Source: an uncultured Candidatus Saccharibacteria bacterium
GTDB taxonomy: Bacteria > Patescibacteriota > Saccharimonadia > Saccharimonadales > Saccharimonadaceae
Reading direction: 5' to 3'
Assembly: GCA_964443395.1 (NCBI GenBank)
Contig: CAYUCN010000001.1
Location: 1-61,188, forward strand
DNA length: 61,188 bases
A program made the translations under genes and the position numbers. Positions 58,713 through 61,188 of this stretch are shown piece by piece. The notes beneath the pieces were generated by a model that worked only from the letters and a program-made list of their open reading frames with translations, did not search any database and was not told the origin of the DNA. Each line of letters opens with the position of its first letter. Position 1 is the stretch's first letter.

Positions 58713-60866
58713 CTATACTCTGTTAATTACTGGAATAACTATTGGAGTATGGCCAGTAGCATCAAAGAGAATATGCGTCACATCTTCCTTAATTTCCTCC
58801 TTAAACGCCTTCATATCGTCACCCTGTAATTTCTCCGTCCGTACCCGCAAATAATGCCGAATCTTCGCTACCAGCTCTTCCGAATTATCTAGATAAATAA
58901 AGGCTCGCGACACAATATCCGGCGTCTTCACCAAGCGATTATTTTTCTTACTCATCGTCAAGACAATCACAAAGATCCCCTCACGCGAAATATGAATCCG
59001 GTCTTTTACCACCGCCTCATGCACCGGCTTGTCCGCATCATCGTATAGCTTATTGCCTACATGGATCCGTCCATTTTTCCGAATTGTCTGGTCCGGTAAT
59101 AACTCCACAATATCTCCATCATCCGTCACCAAAATCCGCTCGCGTTTCATGCCCACCACGTTCTCCGCCATTTCCGCATTATGCTCTAGCATATAGAACT
59201 CTCCGTGATATGGCACGTAATTAGCTGGATGTAATCTCTGCACGAACTCCACATGATCCTCAAAATACGCATGTCCAGAAAGATGCAATGGCCCCAAATT
59301 AGTAATATGCGTTTTACCATTTTGGATCACTTCCGCGCCCTCACGCAACAAACCGTCCACCGTGTTCACCACATGCGGCTCGTTTCCCGGAATCGGATTA
59401 CTGGAGAAGACTATTACATCGCTACTTTTAATCTTGATATACTTATGCGCGCCACTCACCATCCGGTTCAGCACCGCATTTAGCTCCCCCTGCGACCCCG
59501 TACATACCACTGTCACTTTATCGTCCGGCAATTTTACGATATCCTCCATCTTCATAATGGTATCCTTCGGCACTTTTATCACTCCCGTACGCAAAGCCAC
59601 CTCTACGTTGTTCAGCATCGAGAACCCCGCAAAAGCCACTTTCCGCCCACGCTTTGCCGCCTCCTCTAGTACTAGCTCAATCCTCTTAATCTGGCTAGAA
59701 AAACAGCTCACAATCACCCGACCATTCGCGTAATGGTCCATCACTCGCCCTAGATTCTCTCCTACATCATATTCTGAATGCGGATGCCGCCCCGGGCTAT
59801 CAATATTCGTGCTTTCATTTACCAATAGCGCAATCCCCTCTTTCTTCACAATCTCATCAATCCGCTTAAAGTCTGTTTGCGTACCTAGCGGCTTCTCTTC
59901 CCGGCGCCAGTCCCCACTAAAATAAATCACTCCGTTTGGCGTCCGCACCACGATCGCCGTATTTCCCGGAATCGAGTGTAGCGTATGAATAAACTCCACG
60001 CTAAGATGCTCACTCACCTTAATTACTTCATTCTTTAATGGATCTACTGGCTGATAATTTAACTCCGGCACATCGTCCAGCTCTGCCATCTGCCGCTGAA
60101 TCATCCCAATTGTAAACGGCGTCGCATAAATCGGCGTCAACGCTCCAAACTTTGGCAACAAATGTCTACACGCCCCAATATGATCTAGATGAGCATGGGT
60201 AAAACAAATCGCCTTTACCTTGTCTTTATTGTCCTCTAAATACTGAATATCTGGTACCATATAGTTCACCCCTGGATAATCCGCCCCGGCAAACAACGAT
60301 CCCATATCAATAATGATAATCTCCCCCTTGTACTCTAAGATAGTCATATTTTTGCCGATACCAAACTCCCCCACCCCGCCCATCGGGATAATCCGCACCG
60401 CCTCTGGGTCTGGCCGCGCCGCTCTCAACTGCGCATTTGTCACCTGATTACCGTTATAACCATTATATCGGCTTTTATTCACCGGCACTCCAATGATATG
60501 CTGCGTCGCCTGTGCGTTCACATCCTGCGATAGCATCCGCTGGTGATGCACCATTTCCCCCTTGCGCACCGACACGCCTAAGCCTACCTTCTTATTCGCA
60601 CTAGCCGACTGCGCTTGACCTTTCTGACCAGCACTCTTCGCGCCCTTGCGCGGCGTCGCTTTAGCCTTTGCGCTACTTTTAGATGTTTTACTAGCCGCCT
60701 TGCTCGCGTTACGCCGTTTTACCAAGGCCGCATCCTTTCCCCCCTCTGCAAAATTTGAGTTAAAATTACGCTTCTGCGCCTCCTCAAACTGTTTCTTAAT
60801 ATCTGGCAACCGCTCATCACGCATTTTCATCAAACGAGCACGTCGCTCTGCTTCTCTATTATTCAT
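58713..60866 (-). CDS. rnj: Ribonuclease J with basic N-terminal extension
   Basis: IIPMGG..IGKNM, THAHLDHIG, HSIP, SGDW, ESTN, TGSQGE, HLSGH, PYHGE; start placed at ATG 60866 after GAGGA. Confidence 0.96.
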   Translation of the reverse strand: MNNREAERRARLMKMRDERLPDIKKQFEEAQKRNFNSNFAEGGKDAALVKRRNASKAASKTSKSSAKAKATPRKGAKSAGQKGQAQSASANKKVGLGVSVRKGEMVHHQRMLSQDVNAQATQHIIGVPVNKSRYNGYNGNQVTNAQLRAARPDPEAVRIIPMGGVGEFGIGKNMTILEYKGEIIIIDMGSLFAGADYPGVNYMVPDIQYLEDNKDKVKAICFTHAHLDHIGACRHLLPKFGALTPIYATPFTIGMIQRQMAELDDVPELNYQPVDPLKNEVIKVSEHLSVEFIHTLHSIPGNTAIVVRTPNGVIYFSGDWRREEKPLGTQTDFKRIDEIVKKEGIALLVNESTNIDSPGRHPHSEYDVGENLGRVMDHYANGRVIVSCFSSQIKRIELVLEEAAKRGRKVAFAGFSMLNNVEVALRTGVIKVPKDTIMKMEDIVKLPDDKVTVVCTGSQGELNAVLNRMVSGAHKYIKIKSSDVIVFSSNPIPGNEPHVVNTVDGLLREGAEVIQNGKTHITNLGPLHLSGHAYFEDHVEFVQRLHPANYVPYHGEFYMLEHNAEMAENVVGMKRERILVTDDGDIVELLPDQTIRKNGRIHVGNKLYDDADKPVHEAVVKDRIHISREGIFVIVLTMSKKNNRLVKTPDIVSRAFIYLDNSEELVAKIRHYLRVRTEKLQGDDMKAFKEEIKEDVTHILFDATGHTPIVIPVINRV

Positions 60867-61069
60867 ATCTTTCCTCGTTATTTTTATCCAATCCCCCAAA
60901 GTCCAATCAGATATTACTATTTTAGCAAATTTTCGCCCAAAACACAAGGTTTGCCCACCTCTATTCTACTTATAAAATCACTCTAGTTTTTCTATTCTTT
61001 ATCTTAATTTTATCAAGAAAGTCAAAATCAAACCTTGACGTCAGACTCAAATCCGCGTCTTATGCCTTC

Positions 61070-61098
61070 ATTCTAGCACACTCTCCGTCATTTGTCAA
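61070..61098 (-). promoter_or_regulatory. rnj promoter
   Basis: TTGACA-17-TAGAAT with TG extension. Confidence 0.7.
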
Positions 61099-61188
61099 GT
61101 ACTTAAGCCCATATCGGTCTTGTTTCTCAATTAACAATAAAAATGAGTAGTTTATGCTTAAGTTATGAAGACACAAACAAAAACTACT

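Noticed and set aside
196-60975. Numerous antisense or alternate-frame ORFs (e.g. 7442-8194, 17710-18348, 19723-20493, 57225-57956)
   Set aside because: Shadows of well-supported genes produced by skewed codon usage; no motifs or RBS
1-61188. CRISPR array, reverse transcriptase, DGR template repeat, integrase or transposase
   Set aside because: By eye, no regularly spaced repeats, no AAC-rich TR copy, and no ORF with RT, integrase or transposase motifs

Overview
A 61-kb stretch of a reduced bacterial chromosome, most consistent with a Candidatus Saccharibacteria (TM7/CPR) genome. That assignment is inferred from gene content: a sigma70-R4/HARE-HTH protein, a VirD4-like ATPase, WxL-like and DUF916-like surface proteins, and a minimal dcw cluster. 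The + strand is C-rich almost throughout. Core genes: topA, a heterodimeric ABC exporter, yhhQ-tgt, tRNA-Gln(TTG), rsmH-ftsL-ftsI-mraY-ftsW-murG-ftsQ (no mraZ), a PfkB-like/class I aldolase fusion, rplY, rnhA, clpP/clpC under a CIRCE promoter, and rnj. Accessory content: single-gene membrane-protein units, a defence cluster (KAP NTPase plus RloA/RloB AbiL-type pair), a separate KwaB-like gene, and four FISUMP/Fib_succ_major adhesin-like genes. The best candidate for an undescribed system is the FISUMP module. Each full-length gene sits behind a promoter, a covarying ~150-nt multi-stem RNA whose U-tailed 3' end can pair with an internal loop, and then a variable long hairpin ending in TTTTTGATRCYC. 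Two of the FISUMP C-termini carry a DGR-like hypermutation signature, although no TR or reverse transcriptase is in the window. All family calls come from motif recognition by eye; no database searches were run.
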